IMG/VR virus record: IMGVR_UViG_3300021430_000595
Length of the DNA stretch: 64,000 bases
Source of the DNA: a virus
Strand: one strand, 5' to 3'
In this document: positions 1 to 11,253 of the stretch, in pieces
Position numbering within the stretch: the stretch's first letter is position 1
Layout of the letters: every line of letters starts with the position of its first letter
The notes under the pieces: model-generated
What the model was told of the DNA's origin: nothing
Database searches by the model: none
The model's input: the letters and a program-made list of their open reading frames with translations, nothing else
Made by a program: the position numbers and the translations under genes

Positions 1-696
1 AGATTTATTTTCCCATATTTGATTGAAAATAAGATATTAAACTTTGCATTAGTTGATACCGACTTCATAATGGTTAATGACTTTGATGTGTTAAATGATT
101 TCTTTACACACATACCACCCGGAACGGTTTATGGTCCTTGGCACGGTGAAGACATTAGTCAAAAACCATTAAAGGATATATTTTGGAAAGAATTACAACC
201 CAATTTCCCTCAGATTAAATTAGAATCACCATTTTTAAGAACAATTGATGGTTGGATGAGAGCGTTTCATTTCAGAAACCTTGAGGAAATGGAATTACTT
301 TTTAATATTTGGAACTCAGCTTTAGATAAAGTTTACACAATGGAAACGGAAAAATTACAAGGACAGAATACTGTAATTATTTCATCAACCGAATGGGTTA
401 TTTCACATATAATGCAGTTTTTTGAACACAACTACGGTTATGGTTTTTATGATTGTTATGAATTTATGAGAGTAAAAAATCATAATATTGAAATTGGTAG
501 ACATTATACAAGGGTGGAGGATACAATATATGCTGGACCGAGAGAGTGTTGGAAACATTTTAATTTTGATTACTCAGATACAACAACAATCTCTGCGTTT
601 ATAAAAAATAACAAAGAACCGTTAAGATTATACTATGATGGTCCTTTTAAAAACGTAAATGTAACCGACAAATACGTTTACACAAACTTCAAATAA
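1..696 (+). CDS. Putative glycosyltransferase-like protein, 5'-truncated; paralog of 1521..2585
   Basis: Frame open from base 1; RFIFPY..NFALVDTDF, DGWMRAFHF and WKHFNFDY align with the 354-aa ORF; DxD motif. Confidence 0.55.
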   Translation, partial: RFIFPYLIENKILNFALVDTDFIMVNDFDVLNDFFTHIPPGTVYGPWHGEDISQKPLKDIFWKELQPNFPQIKLESPFLRTIDGWMRAFHFRNLEEMELLFNIWNSALDKVYTMETEKLQGQNTVIISSTEWVISHIMQFFEHNYGYGFYDCYEFMRVKNHNIEIGRHYTRVEDTIYAGPRECWKHFNFDYSDTTTISAFIKNNKEPLRLYYDGPFKNVNVTDKYVYTNFK

Positions 697-719
697 TAAT
701 AAAACTAAATAAAAACAAA

Positions 720-1520
720 ATGGCAAGCAATTTTTTTACAAAATTAGTGAACTTGGTTTCACCCTCTTCAACATCATCAACTGAAGAACCAATTACTTAC
801 AATTACACGGAAGAAGATTTCATAAAAGTTTTAAAACCATACAATATTTTTCAAAAGAAAAAAAGAATTGGTCCAAATGAGGATGGTGGTTATGTTTGTT
901 CAGAATTCGTTTTAGAAAACTGTTCGGCATTAATGACATATGGTGTTGGTCACGACATTAGATACGAAGAAGAATTCGTGAGATTATACAACAAACCGGC
1001 ATATCTTTTTGACCACACTTTAGGTTGGAAAGAAGAATTTGAAAGAAACGGTTTAAAATTCATACCGGAAGGTTTGGGAAGTGCGGAAAATTGTAAAGAT
1101 TTTTATGAACACTACCAAAAATACGGTCTAACTGAAAACATCCTACTTAAAATTGATGTTGAAGGTGCTGAATGGGAATTCTTCAAGACCGTAAATGTTG
1201 AGAATCTCAAGAACACCGTAATGGGTATTGTTTTAGAAATCCATTGGATTGATAGTCTTGAAAATAAAAAGAGTTTGGCGGAAATGTTTAATCGTATTTC
1301 ACCATATTTCGTTTTGGAACATACACACGCAAACTCATGGGGATATAATTTTGAACATAATGGAATGACAATCCCTTCAGTTCTTGAACTTTCATTTGTC
1401 AATAAAAAATTCGTACAAAAAATGGAAATTGATACTGCGGATTATCCAATTGAAGGTTTAGATTATTCAAATAACCCAAACATTGAGGATGTTAAATTAG
1501 ATTTCTTAAAAAGTGTATAA
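720..1520 (+). CDS. FkbM/Methyltransf_22-like SAM methyltransferase
   Basis: RIGPNEDGGY, YGVGHD, LKIDVEGAEW, LEIH, HTHAN motifs. Confidence 0.75.
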   Translation: MASNFFTKLVNLVSPSSTSSTEEPITYNYTEEDFIKVLKPYNIFQKKKRIGPNEDGGYVCSEFVLENCSALMTYGVGHDIRYEEEFVRLYNKPAYLFDHTLGWKEEFERNGLKFIPEGLGSAENCKDFYEHYQKYGLTENILLKIDVEGAEWEFFKTVNVENLKNTVMGIVLEIHWIDSLENKKSLAEMFNRISPYFVLEHTHANSWGYNFEHNGMTIPSVLELSFVNKKFVQKMEIDTADYPIEGLDYSNNPNIEDVKLDFLKSV

Positions 1521-2585
1521 ATGATAGCATTAAACGTTTTTGGACCCGCATTAAAATACAGATTGGATTTGTTAAAACAATCTTCGTATGATGTGAGAGA
1601 TAAAATTCACATATTAACTGATAAAGTGTCATATGAAAAGTTTTACACCGAATTCCACAATGACTATGTTTTTTTCTTTGTTGAGGATTACATGTCGGAA
1701 TATGAGTTAAGTGTAAAACATGAAGTAATACCAAATATTTTTGAAAACGAAAAAGACCATTTTGAAAACTCGAATTCGTTTTATAAGAAGACCGATAATT
1801 TCTTTTCATTTGATATCCACAGATTTGTTTTTCCATATTTTATTTCAAAAGGAATTAAGAATTTTGTAATCATTGATAGTGATTTGATATTATCCAACGA
1901 CGAAAATGTTATTGTTGAATTCTTTAACACAATACCGGAAAAAACTTTTTACGCACCAAGTCTTGGTCAAGATTTTAATTTAAATGTGAAACAGAAATTT
2001 TGGGATAATTTAAATAACAATATTATCCCAAAAGATTTCACACTACCAAATGAACTTACATTATTTGATGGGTGGTTAAGAGGTTTTAATTTTGAAACGA
2101 TTGAGGATACTCAGAAATTTTTCGATTTATGGAATGATTCATACTTGGAACTATTGGAACAGAGAAAAAATCCAATTGTGCAAATAACTAAAAATGGAGA
2201 AGGACCATTGATTTGGTCTAATGAATGGATATTTTCACATTGCGTTAAAATATTTGAACAGTGTTACGGATATAATATTGATTACACCATATCTTTTAAT
2301 CCGGGTAATGTTTGTTTACCAAATAAACCAAATATATTATTCGGTAAACATTGTCCAAGACCTGAAGATAATTTGTTTTATGTGGTACAGAAATACGTAG
2401 ACGATAAAGGTGAATATAGATACCCAAGTAGAGGTGCTTGGCATGATTTCAGATTTGATTATGATTGTGAAAGAACAACATCATCTTTTATTCAAAAAAA
2501 TAAACAAGAACTGATTAGATATTACGAAAGTAATGGATTTAAAGTAATAGCAACAAATACCCATATTTATACCGAAATAAAATAA
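1521..2585 (+). CDS. Putative glycosyltransferase-like protein
   Basis: FVIIDSDL DxD motif; glycosylation-cluster context. Confidence 0.45.
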   Translation: MIALNVFGPALKYRLDLLKQSSYDVRDKIHILTDKVSYEKFYTEFHNDYVFFFVEDYMSEYELSVKHEVIPNIFENEKDHFENSNSFYKKTDNFFSFDIHRFVFPYFISKGIKNFVIIDSDLILSNDENVIVEFFNTIPEKTFYAPSLGQDFNLNVKQKFWDNLNNNIIPKDFTLPNELTLFDGWLRGFNFETIEDTQKFFDLWNDSYLELLEQRKNPIVQITKNGEGPLIWSNEWIFSHCVKIFEQCYGYNIDYTISFNPGNVCLPNKPNILFGKHCPRPEDNLFYVVQKYVDDKGEYRYPSRGAWHDFRFDYDCERTTSSFIQKNKQELIRYYESNGFKVIATNTHIYTEIK

Positions 2586-3586
2586 TGAAAGTAAATTTAT
2601 ATTACGAATTCCCAAATTCAAGTGCATTAACTAATGGTAGTATATATGTTTCTTGGCCGGTTTTGTTTTCTAAAATCGCAGACATGTTAGTTGAAAAATA
2701 TCCAACTATTGAATTTGAGAAAATACATAGATGGTCAGGTAATATGTCATCAAAAAATCCATGGTCAACCGAATTGGGTGTTCCATTTGATAAAAACACA
2801 CACTCAAGTATTAGTGACACCATATTCATCATCGAAAACGAAGAGAACAAAAAATATTTTGTAATAAGTCTATGGGATAAAGGTTACTATGAATTAAGTG
2901 CATGGTCGGACTTAGAGGAAAAATGTGTTGAGATATTTTCACATGCGGGAATGCATGTTAGTGATTACAGTTATGAATTATCACCGTTAAAATATACCCC
3001 ATTAAACATGCCGGTAATATTAAATGGTGAAGAAGATATTATTAATGAACTGTATTATCAAAATTTAAAAAATGACACAAGAATAATCCCTGATAAATTA
3101 TTCTTTCAATCATCAAGACCATATTTGTTTAGAGAGTATATTCACTACAATGACAATAGGTTTAATAGTGTTATTGGTTATGATAGAAACATGAGAGATT
3201 GGTTAATAAAATTATCCCAATACAAAATAAATATGGATATCAATTGTGTTGCTGAACCTTCAGGTAGAATAAGTCAAATTTTGGGTTTAGGAACTGCATT
3301 AGTGAGACCTAACACGAGACACCAGTTTCAAAATCCTTTAATACCTGATTATCATTACGTTGAGGTTAAACATGACTTTTATGACCCAACAAAATACGAA
3401 ACGATAAACTCATTTTATAAATCACTATCAGATGCGTATATTGATGCATTTGAAAGAGTTAAAAATGATGAAGAGTTTTTAAGATATGTTTCAAAAAATG
3501 GGAGGGAGTATTGGGAAAATTACTGTGTTGGTTCAAATTGGTTAAAAACCACGGTTGGTCTGATTAATTTGGATAAATTGATGTAG
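2585..3586 (+). CDS. Putative GT90-like glycosyltransferase
   Basis: C-terminal LIPDYHYVEV...VSKNGREYW pattern; ends TAG-TAA. Confidence 0.45.
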   Translation: MKVNLYYEFPNSSALTNGSIYVSWPVLFSKIADMLVEKYPTIEFEKIHRWSGNMSSKNPWSTELGVPFDKNTHSSISDTIFIIENEENKKYFVISLWDKGYYELSAWSDLEEKCVEIFSHAGMHVSDYSYELSPLKYTPLNMPVILNGEEDIINELYYQNLKNDTRIIPDKLFFQSSRPYLFREYIHYNDNRFNSVIGYDRNMRDWLIKLSQYKINMDINCVAEPSGRISQILGLGTALVRPNTRHQFQNPLIPDYHYVEVKHDFYDPTKYETINSFYKSLSDAYIDAFERVKNDEEFLRYVSKNGREYWENYCVGSNWLKTTVGLINLDKLM

Positions 3587-3646
3587 TAATGCTTTACAAA
3601 TATCATAAAACAATGTAAATTTCCATACATAAAGTACGTCTGATGT

Positions 3647-4546
3647 ATGGATTCCACAATAGAAGAAAAATTTAATTCAATACCCAAAGATTTTTTTAAT
3701 CTTAAAATTGTTCATCACGGTGCTGTGGTGAACACAATCTTTGCTGCTGGTTATTTTAACGATAGAGTTATTAAACTCAGTAAAGATATGATTTCGTTAC
3801 AGGTTAATGATGCGTATGGTGACGGTATTAGTAAAATCAACAAAATAAACTTTGAGAATCCTAACCAAGTTGTCAGTATAAGAGTACCTGTGTATGAAAA
3901 ATGGTTATCAAAACCAAGAGAGTTATTGAAGTACATCAAAGAAAATTATAAAACTTTACCCGAATATATTCTTTACACAGATGGTAGTGATGTTGCAATT
4001 CTAAATAATATTGACAACCCAAAAGAAATTTTAGATTACTACCAATGTGATGTTTTGTTTAATTGTGAACCAAATTACATGCACACCGGATTTGGTTTAC
4101 CTTCACACGGATATTATAACCCTCTTTATGAAAAAGAGATTTACGTTTACGAAAATTTAAATGTAGAGAAATATGGAATTGTACATAAAAGGTCAATAAA
4201 TGCGGGTGTGTTTTTAGGTAAGAAAGATTATGTAATCACCATGTTAGAAGAGGCAATGAAATACATGGAAGATGACCATAATAAAGGTTTTCCGTATGGT
4301 TGTTTAGATGACCAATGTATGTTTAGATGGTTACAGAACCAACATTTTGATAAAATTTCGGTGGATGTTTATAATAATTATTTTTTGTTTGGGTATCCAA
4401 AATCAATTGAGGCCGATGAGAGTGATTGGGAACATTTTCAATTTTTCAAAAAGAATTATGAACATATATATCTATCAAAGTACCCACAATTACTTAATAA
4501 AGAAATAAACTTTTTTGATAAAATAAAAAACATCTTCAAATCATAA
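3647..4546 (+). CDS. PLOD-type glycosyltransferase domain protein
   Basis: ILYTDGSDV, VLFNCE, INAGVFLG, DDQ motifs. Confidence 0.65.
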   Translation: MDSTIEEKFNSIPKDFFNLKIVHHGAVVNTIFAAGYFNDRVIKLSKDMISLQVNDAYGDGISKINKINFENPNQVVSIRVPVYEKWLSKPRELLKYIKENYKTLPEYILYTDGSDVAILNNIDNPKEILDYYQCDVLFNCEPNYMHTGFGLPSHGYYNPLYEKEIYVYENLNVEKYGIVHKRSINAGVFLGKKDYVITMLEEAMKYMEDDHNKGFPYGCLDDQCMFRWLQNQHFDKISVDVYNNYFLFGYPKSIEADESDWEHFQFFKKNYEHIYLSKYPQLLNKEINFFDKIKNIFKS

Positions 4547-4553
4547 ACCACAA

Positions 4554-5417
4554 ATGAAAGTAAATAATATTTTCAAAAAAATTTTCGGTTCATCATCCAA
4601 ACCAATTATAAGTTTAACTACAATACCAACAAGATTGGTTAGTGAATACAGTTATGACATAAAATACTGTTTAGAATCTCTATTAAATCAAACTTATGAT
4701 GATTATGAGGTTCATTTTAATATTCCACACATTTATAAAAAAACAAATGAGGAATATATTATTCCTGAATGGTTAGTAAAATTAGAACAAGAAAATAAAA
4801 AACTAAAGATTTTCAGAACCGAAGATTATGGTACGGTGACTAAGTCATTGCCAACCATTTTAAGAGTAACAAATCCGGAAACAATTATAATTGTTGTTGA
4901 CGATGATTTAGTTTATAATTCAGAATTAGTTTCAGAACATGTAAAAAATCAATCAAAATGGGTGGATAATCCTGTCGGTTATGATGGTATGAGGTCAAGA
5001 AATGAAGATGGTACATTCGCATCACATTTTAGAGATAGTAGAGATTACTATTTTTCCGCAACTCATAGGGACTCAAGAGTCGATATTTTACAACACTATA
5101 AAAGTATATCATACAAAAGACGATACTTTGAAAATGATTTTGAAAATTACATTTTAGAAAACAACCATTGGAATGATGACCTATTAATGTCCGCATATTT
5201 TGCAGGTAAAAAAGTAGATAGAATTGTTACATTCTATGAAAAAGATAAGGTTTGTGAAACATACGAAGAATGGCAGAACCACGTCGGAATATCTTTCCCA
5301 ATAATCAGACATACACAACATAGAAGTGATGAGGGGTGTAATGTTGAGAGAGCAAAAAATGGTGGTGTTGGTGAGGATAAATTTTATAAACTTATTGATA
5401 ATTGTTATAGAAAATAA
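4554..5417 (+). CDS. GT-A/GT2 family glycosyltransferase
   Basis: ISLTTIPTR, DYGTVTK, IIIVVDDD, WNDD. Confidence 0.75.
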   Translation: MKVNNIFKKIFGSSSKPIISLTTIPTRLVSEYSYDIKYCLESLLNQTYDDYEVHFNIPHIYKKTNEEYIIPEWLVKLEQENKKLKIFRTEDYGTVTKSLPTILRVTNPETIIIVVDDDLVYNSELVSEHVKNQSKWVDNPVGYDGMRSRNEDGTFASHFRDSRDYYFSATHRDSRVDILQHYKSISYKRRYFENDFENYILENNHWNDDLLMSAYFAGKKVDRIVTFYEKDKVCETYEEWQNHVGISFPIIRHTQHRSDEGCNVERAKNGGVGEDKFYKLIDNCYRK

Positions 5418-5419
5418 AA

Positions 5420-8400
5420 ATGATGGAAAATAATATAGATTATTCAGGGAACAAACAAGTTTTTACTAGCTTGTACGAACATTTTGGTTTCGGTAGTGAG
5501 GAAAGTAGGTCAGGTCCTGGTTCTACTTTGGAAGAAACTAAAGATTTAAGAAATAAACTTGTTGATTTAATCAAAGAAAAAAACATTAAATCAATTGTAG
5601 ACATACCTTGCGGTGATTGGAATTGGATGAAAGAAATTTCAGATAACTTCGAAAGTTACACCGGTGGTGATATTGTTGATGAGTGTGTTAGAGTCAACAA
5701 TGAAAAATACGGAAACGATAAAATTAGATTCGTCAATTTTGATTTATTAAGAGATGAAATTCCTGAAGCGGATTTATTGATTGTTAGGGATGTTATTGGT
5801 CATTACCCATTATTAGAAGGAAATACTATCCTTAATAATATTTTGAAATCAAATTGTAAGTACCTTCTAACAACCACAACGTACAATATTTCAAACGGTA
5901 CAGGTTTATCGGACTACAAAAACAACGATATTGATGTGGGTAGACACTACATGGTAAATCTAATGGATTATCCTTTTAGTTTACCAAGACCTATTGATTA
6001 TATTGAAGAACCACCAAGAATTGACAAATACGAAACAGGTGAAAGAAAAGTAATGGCATTATGGGATTTAACTGCATTAAAACCATTATACCAAATGAAA
6101 CTGAACACTGAGGTGTTAGAAGAAATTGTTATTAGAAACAACACGGATAAGAAAAGTTCATTTTATACTGAAATATATGGTGCGTTGTTTAATGAGTTTA
6201 GAGAGAAAAATTTTAATTTACTAGAAATCGGTTTAGGTACTGCAATACCTGATGTCCCATCAACATTTATTGGTTGGGCATCACAGTATGAGGATTTTAA
6301 ACCATCATCTTGTTTACGTGTTTGGAAAGAGTATTTTCCAAATGCAAATATTCACGGCATCGATATTCAAGAGGATTGTATCATATCTGAAGACAGAATT
6401 AATACATACCTTTTAGATTCAACCAATAAGGAAAAGTGTGATGAACTAATGACGGATTTGAGATTCGATATCATTATTGATGACGGTTTACACACTGCGG
6501 AAGGTCAATATAAAACATTCCTAAACTTTTTCCATAGACTAAATGACAATGGTTTATACATCATTGAAGATATTGGTGGTGGGGGTGATGGGTTAAATGT
6601 CTTTTTAGATTTCCACAACGAGCTTAAAGACATATTAAATCAACATGAATATTTTTGGGATTATGATATCTTAGTTATAAAGAAGAATAACTCTAATAAT
6701 GGTTGTCACATGGGTGAATTTTCACACATGAAAAGATTTAATGATGGATTTTTATCTTTCATTAATTCACAAAAAAATGCATGTCCTTGTGATAGTAAGA
6801 TTGAAGAATTTTTTATTCAAGAAGAAAAAAGAAAAAATGGGGTAGTGGAGACTAAACCCGAAATAAAAACAGGATTTGAAGTAAATAAAAATCTAACAAT
6901 TGTAACGGGGTTATGGAATATCGGTAGACCCGGTAGAGATTTTTCACACTACATTGAACATTTCAAAATGTTCTTGGACATCCCCCAGAATTTATTTATT
7001 TATATTCCAAAAGAATATGAGTATTTGGTTTGGGAAAAAAGAAGTAAGGAAAATACATTCGTTAAAATCTATGAATTAGATGATGTAAAAAATTTATACC
7101 AACCTTTTTGGAACAAAACACAAGAAATTAGAACTAACCCAAATTGGTTTAATCAAGCGGGATGGTTACCTGGTTCACCACAAGCACATTTAGAGTGGTA
7201 CAATCCAATTGTTCAATCAAAAATGTTCATGTTAAACGATGCAACAATATGGAATCCATTTAATACCGAATACTTTTTTTGGTTGGATGCCGGTATAACA
7301 AACACAGTACCTCATAGTCATTTAACTGAAAATAACATATTGGATAAATTACCAAATTACGGTAACCCATTTTTATTTTTAAGTTACCCATATCAAGCGG
7401 AGACTGAAATCCATGGATTCACATTCTCGGATATGAACAGAATTGCTCGTACTGAAGTAAAATATGTTTGTAGAGGTGGTTTATTTGGTGGTCACAAACA
7501 TCAAATTAACGAAGCTAACGCAACATACTATTCAATGTTAACAAACACGTTAAATTCGGGTTTAATGGGAACAGAAGAAAGTGTCTTCACCTTGATGTCA
7601 TATAATGAACCTCATTTATATAGAAGATTCGAATTAGATGGTAACGGTTTAATTGTTAAATTCACCCAAGCAGTTGTTGATAATAATGTAACTATAGTTG
7701 AACCAACCAAAACCGAAGCAAAGAAGTTTATAAAATACACTGACAGAGATGTTGCGAGATTTAAAACAAATCTTTATGTCTTGACATTCAATTTCCCTGA
7801 ACAATTGTTACATACGATTAATTCAATGAAAAAAACCCCTGAATGGCTAACTAAACCTAAACTTTTTCTTTTGGATAATTCAACAATTGGGGAGTCTAAA
7901 GAATTAAATAAACAAATTGCAAAAGAACATAATTTTGAATACATTGATTTGGGTCGTAACACCGGTATTTGTGGTGGAAGACAAGCCGCTGCTGAACATT
8001 TTCATGAATCCGATGCTGACTTCATGTTCTTCTTTGAAGATGATATGACATCAAATCCACCCGAATTTGAGGGACAGTTCTGTAGAAATGGTTTTAGAAA
8101 ATACATACCAAATCTATACAACTTGGTTCACAGAATAATGTTAAAAGAAGATTTCGATTTTCTAAAACTTTCATTCACTGAGGTTTATTTTGATAACGAC
8201 AAACAATGTTCTTGGTATAATGTACCACAACACATTAGAACAAGAGATTGGCCAAATTACGATAAATTACCTGTTTCGGGACTTGACCCTAACGTACCAT
8301 TAACTAATTTCAAAAATATTAGAAATATGGATGGGTTATCATATATTGACGGTGATGTTTATTATGCAAACTGGCCAATGATTGTGAGTAAACAGGGTAA

Positions 8401-8572
8401 TTATAAGATGTTTATTGAAACAAAATGGGCTAACCCATTTGAACAAACATGGATGTCACACATTTATCAACAAACTAAAGAAGGTAAAATAAAACCGGCA
8501 TTATTATTGGCTTCACCTATTTGGCACGATAGAATAAAACACTATCAACCAAATGAAAGAAGAGAAAACTAA
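5420..8572 (+). CDS. Multidomain protein: two class I SAM methyltransferases, HtrL/YibB-like glycosyltransferase, GT2-like domain
   Basis: SGPGS..VDIPCGD; LLEIGLG..IIIDDGLH; TIVTGLWNIGR..FFWLDAG; FFFEDDM. Confidence 0.7.
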   Translation: MMENNIDYSGNKQVFTSLYEHFGFGSEESRSGPGSTLEETKDLRNKLVDLIKEKNIKSIVDIPCGDWNWMKEISDNFESYTGGDIVDECVRVNNEKYGNDKIRFVNFDLLRDEIPEADLLIVRDVIGHYPLLEGNTILNNILKSNCKYLLTTTTYNISNGTGLSDYKNNDIDVGRHYMVNLMDYPFSLPRPIDYIEEPPRIDKYETGERKVMALWDLTALKPLYQMKLNTEVLEEIVIRNNTDKKSSFYTEIYGALFNEFREKNFNLLEIGLGTAIPDVPSTFIGWASQYEDFKPSSCLRVWKEYFPNANIHGIDIQEDCIISEDRINTYLLDSTNKEKCDELMTDLRFDIIIDDGLHTAEGQYKTFLNFFHRLNDNGLYIIEDIGGGGDGLNVFLDFHNELKDILNQHEYFWDYDILVIKKNNSNNGCHMGEFSHMKRFNDGFLSFINSQKNACPCDSKIEEFFIQEEKRKNGVVETKPEIKTGFEVNKNLTIVTGLWNIGRPGRDFSHYIEHFKMFLDIPQNLFIYIPKEYEYLVWEKRSKENTFVKIYELDDVKNLYQPFWNKTQEIRTNPNWFNQAGWLPGSPQAHLEWYNPIVQSKMFMLNDATIWNPFNTEYFFWLDAGITNTVPHSHLTENNILDKLPNYGNPFLFLSYPYQAETEIHGFTFSDMNRIARTEVKYVCRGGLFGGHKHQINEANATYYSMLTNTLNSGLMGTEESVFTLMSYNEPHLYRRFELDGNGLIVKFTQAVVDNNVTIVEPTKTEAKKFIKYTDRDVARFKTNLYVLTFNFPEQLLHTINSMKKTPEWLTKPKLFLLDNSTIGESKELNKQIAKEHNFEYIDLGRNTGICGGRQAAAEHFHESDADFMFFFEDDMTSNPPEFEGQFCRNGFRKYIPNLYNLVHRIMLKEDFDFLKLSFTEVYFDNDKQCSWYNVPQHIRTRDWPNYDKLPVSGLDPNVPLTNFKNIRNMDGLSYIDGDVYYANWPMIVSKQGNYKMFIETKWANPFEQTWMSHIYQQTKEGKIKPALLLASPIWHDRIKHYQPNERREN

Positions 8573-8573
8573 T

Positions 8574-9173
8574 ATGATAAAAAAAGGAATTATTGGTTAT
8601 GGGGGATTTGGTAGAGAAGTCTTCCATAGCCTAACTAAAAAAGAACAAGAAGATATCATTTTTTTTGTACACGATGAATGGTGGAAACCCGGTAATGATA
8701 AGGTTATACCATTGTCAAAATTTAATCCTAATGAATATGAAGTTGTTGTTGCTATTGGTGACCCATCCGACAAAAAGAAAGTTGTTGAATCTCTTCCAAA
8801 AGAAACAAGATTTTTTACTCACATACACAATAGTGCAACTATTTTAGATGATTCAATTGAAATAGGTGAGGGTACAATAATTTGTGCAGGTGTAATATTA
8901 ACAACAAACATAAAGGTTGGGAAACATGTCCATTTAAACCTTTTAACTACGATTGGTCACGACACAGTTATTGGTGATTTCACAACAACCGCACCAGGTT
9001 CAAAAATATCAGGTAATTGTAATATTGGTGAGTGTGTTTATCTTGGTACTAATTCCTCGGTTAAACAAAAAATAAACATTTGTGATAACACAATAGTTGG
9101 ATTAAATGCGGGTATTGTAAGAAATATAGACGAACCCGGTGTATATGTTGGTGTTCCAGCTAAGAAAAAATAA
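8574..9173 (+). CDS. PglD/NeuD-like sugar O-acetyltransferase
   Basis: IIGYGGFGREV, VAIGDP, hexapeptide repeats, VGVPAK. Confidence 0.85.
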   Translation: MIKKGIIGYGGFGREVFHSLTKKEQEDIIFFVHDEWWKPGNDKVIPLSKFNPNEYEVVVAIGDPSDKKKVVESLPKETRFFTHIHNSATILDDSIEIGEGTIICAGVILTTNIKVGKHVHLNLLTTIGHDTVIGDFTTTAPGSKISGNCNIGECVYLGTNSSVKQKINICDNTIVGLNAGIVRNIDEPGVYVGVPAKKK

Positions 9174-9267
9174 AAAGTCTTGGATTTAAATAGAAAAAGT
9201 TATATATTTACATTATAAAAGGTCATAAGACCATAAACATTGTAATACCCATTTATGGATTCCGAAG

Positions 9268-9510
9268 GTGATAGTAAAACTAAAAGACAAAGAAAAAAGA
9301 TTAATCTTATTCAGAGATACCTCGCTAATGTTAGCGATGTTCTTTCTCCCCTTTGGGTACGACGCCCTATTCAAGTTATTGATGAAAGTCACTGGCTCAT
9401 ATTGGGCTGCAGATATAATTTTCTATTTTATTTCAGGTTGTTTTTGGTTGTGTTATATTGTGCTTTCACGAATGTTATCTAAGAAAGAGAAAACTCAATT
9501 AGATGACTGA
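9268..9510 (+). CDS. Small two-TM membrane protein
   Basis: Two hydrophobic segments. Confidence 0.55.
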   Translation: MIVKLKDKEKRLILFRDTSLMLAMFFLPFGYDALFKLLMKVTGSYWAADIIFYFISGCFWLCYIVLSRMLSKKEKTQLDD

Positions 9511-9800
9511 GAAACCATTTCAATCAACTTTTCTGAATTAACCAACTTATCTTTAATCAAGATACATTTTTCGTATTGTTCATTTTCCTCGTAATGTTTA
9601 AGTAGGTATCTACATAATTTTACGAAAAGATTATAATCTAAACCTATTTTGGGTATGGTCACTGTTGAATAATATTTTAAAATTAATTCATCTTCGACCG
9701 ATAACATCAGTTCGGTAATAAACTCATAATCTTCTTCTGTTGCTTTGTTACCACTAATTAACCTTGCGGATTGTAGTAAATATGAAAACGTCTCATCCAT
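9495..9800 (-). CDS. Hypothetical protein
   Basis: 101-aa ORF; C-terminal EQYEKC motif. Confidence 0.55.
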   Translation of the reverse strand: MDETFSYLLQSARLISGNKATEEDYEFITELMLSVEDELILKYYSTVTIPKIGLDYNLFVKLCRYLLKHYEENEQYEKCILIKDKLVNSEKLIEMVSQSSN

Positions 9801-9803
9801 AGT

Positions 9804-10127
9804 TTATTCATTTCTTAATTTAGTTTCTAATAATCTAAAACATTCATAAAACCCCTCAACCTCAATCAATTCTCTGTTAGATTTTGATTCTTGACAGGGG
9901 AAGAATATTTTATCTTCATTTAATGAAATACTGTACACCCAATTGTTTTTAGTCATCATTTCAACTGTTAAGTATATTCCGTTCTTATCAAAGAATCTAT
10001 ATAACTTTTTGACATCATAATAACATAAAATAGACAAACAAGGTAGTCCAACGTTTGGAAACATCATTTTTGAAAACGTTTCTAACGCTTTGGGATAAAG
10101 ATATTCAATTTCATACCAATCTATCAT
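9804..10127 (-). CDS. Hypothetical protein
   Basis: 107-aa ORF adjacent to 9495..9800. Confidence 0.55.
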   Translation of the reverse strand: MIDWYEIEYLYPKALETFSKMMFPNVGLPCLSILCYYDVKKLYRFFDKNGIYLTVEMMTKNNWVYSISLNEDKIFFPCQESKSNRELIEVEGFYECFRLLETKLRNE

Positions 10128-10207
10128 ACTAGTAATTATAACGAAACTGATGATATTTGTATATATGAAAGTACTTATAAAATGAAAACTATTAGATATT
10201 TATTGAT

Positions 10208-10576
10208 ATGGATTTTCTAACTGAAGATAAAAAAAATAAAGTAACTGAATTTGTCAAGTTCGTAAAAGATGAACTTGGGTTAAAGAAATGTCCTGTGGTT
10301 ATTTTACAAAATGGTAGGGGTGAACTTAAAACCACCGCAAACTACAACTATTCAGATGAAAAGAAAGTTATTCGAGTAAACTCAAAGAATAGAGCATTGG
10401 TTGATGTGTTAAGAAGTATTGCACATGAAATGGTTCATCACAAACAATTTGAAGATGGGAGATTAAAAGTGAAACCGGCAGATATTGGTGGTGACATCGA
10501 AGATGAAGCTAACGCTATGGCTGGACAATACATAAAAATATTTGCACAGAAAGACAATAGCATTTACGATGAGTAA
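10208..10576 (+). CDS. HExxH zinc metallopeptidase-like protein
   Basis: IAHEMVHHKQ...EDEANA. Confidence 0.6.
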   Translation: MDFLTEDKKNKVTEFVKFVKDELGLKKCPVVILQNGRGELKTTANYNYSDEKKVIRVNSKNRALVDVLRSIAHEMVHHKQFEDGRLKVKPADIGGDIEDEANAMAGQYIKIFAQKDNSIYDE

Positions 10577-11167
10577 TTATCTCATAAATGTAAGTATTAC
10601 TTTAACTGTCACCGCCTTTTCTCTCGTTCCACTAGACAAATAAAGGTCAGTCACAATTTCAGGACTAATCAATATTAATTCACTTGGTGGTGCAACCCCA
10701 ACATTATTCGTTTTGAAGGTGTAGTCTGTTTTCAGACCCAAGGTTTGGTCTAAAATAGACATTTTTGTGTAATTAGTATATAAACCATTTGTTGGATAAG
10801 ACACCCAAAATGGTTCGTGTGATGGCATCTGTCCTCCCGGTTGATTTGACCATTCACAATATAAGTGATACCCATCAAATTCCCACATAGTTTTATTCTT
10901 AATAAATCTACGAGATTTTGCGGTGTTTTTGTAATTTTGAGACATTAGCGTTCCACCACTAACCACACTTTGGTCACTGAAAGAATTGATGCAGATTGTG
11001 TCATTTTTTAAGACTTCAACTTCACTTTGTGAATTAACAACAACAATATCATAATCAACAAATATCCATTTACCACCACCCATATAAATTACGGGTTCAC
11101 TAACTTCTTCATATTTCTCACAACTAACGAGAAATACCACAATTAATAGATAAAATAACTTTTTCAT
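10577..11167 (-). CDS. Bacteroidota-type lipoprotein
   Basis: MKKLFYLLIVVFLVS-C lipobox; start taken at ATG 11167. Confidence 0.6.
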   Translation of the reverse strand: MKKLFYLLIVVFLVSCEKYEEVSEPVIYMGGGKWIFVDYDIVVVNSQSEVEVLKNDTICINSFSDQSVVSGGTLMSQNYKNTAKSRRFIKNKTMWEFDGYHLYCEWSNQPGGQMPSHEPFWVSYPTNGLYTNYTKMSILDQTLGLKTDYTFKTNNVGVAPPSELILISPEIVTDLYLSSGTREKAVTVKVILTFMR

Positions 11168-11253
11168 ATTATTTAAAGTTTCAGCCAATTTACTTATTTT
11201 TTATGATATACAAAAAACATTTAAATGTTTTTTGGGGTATTTATATATTGTAT

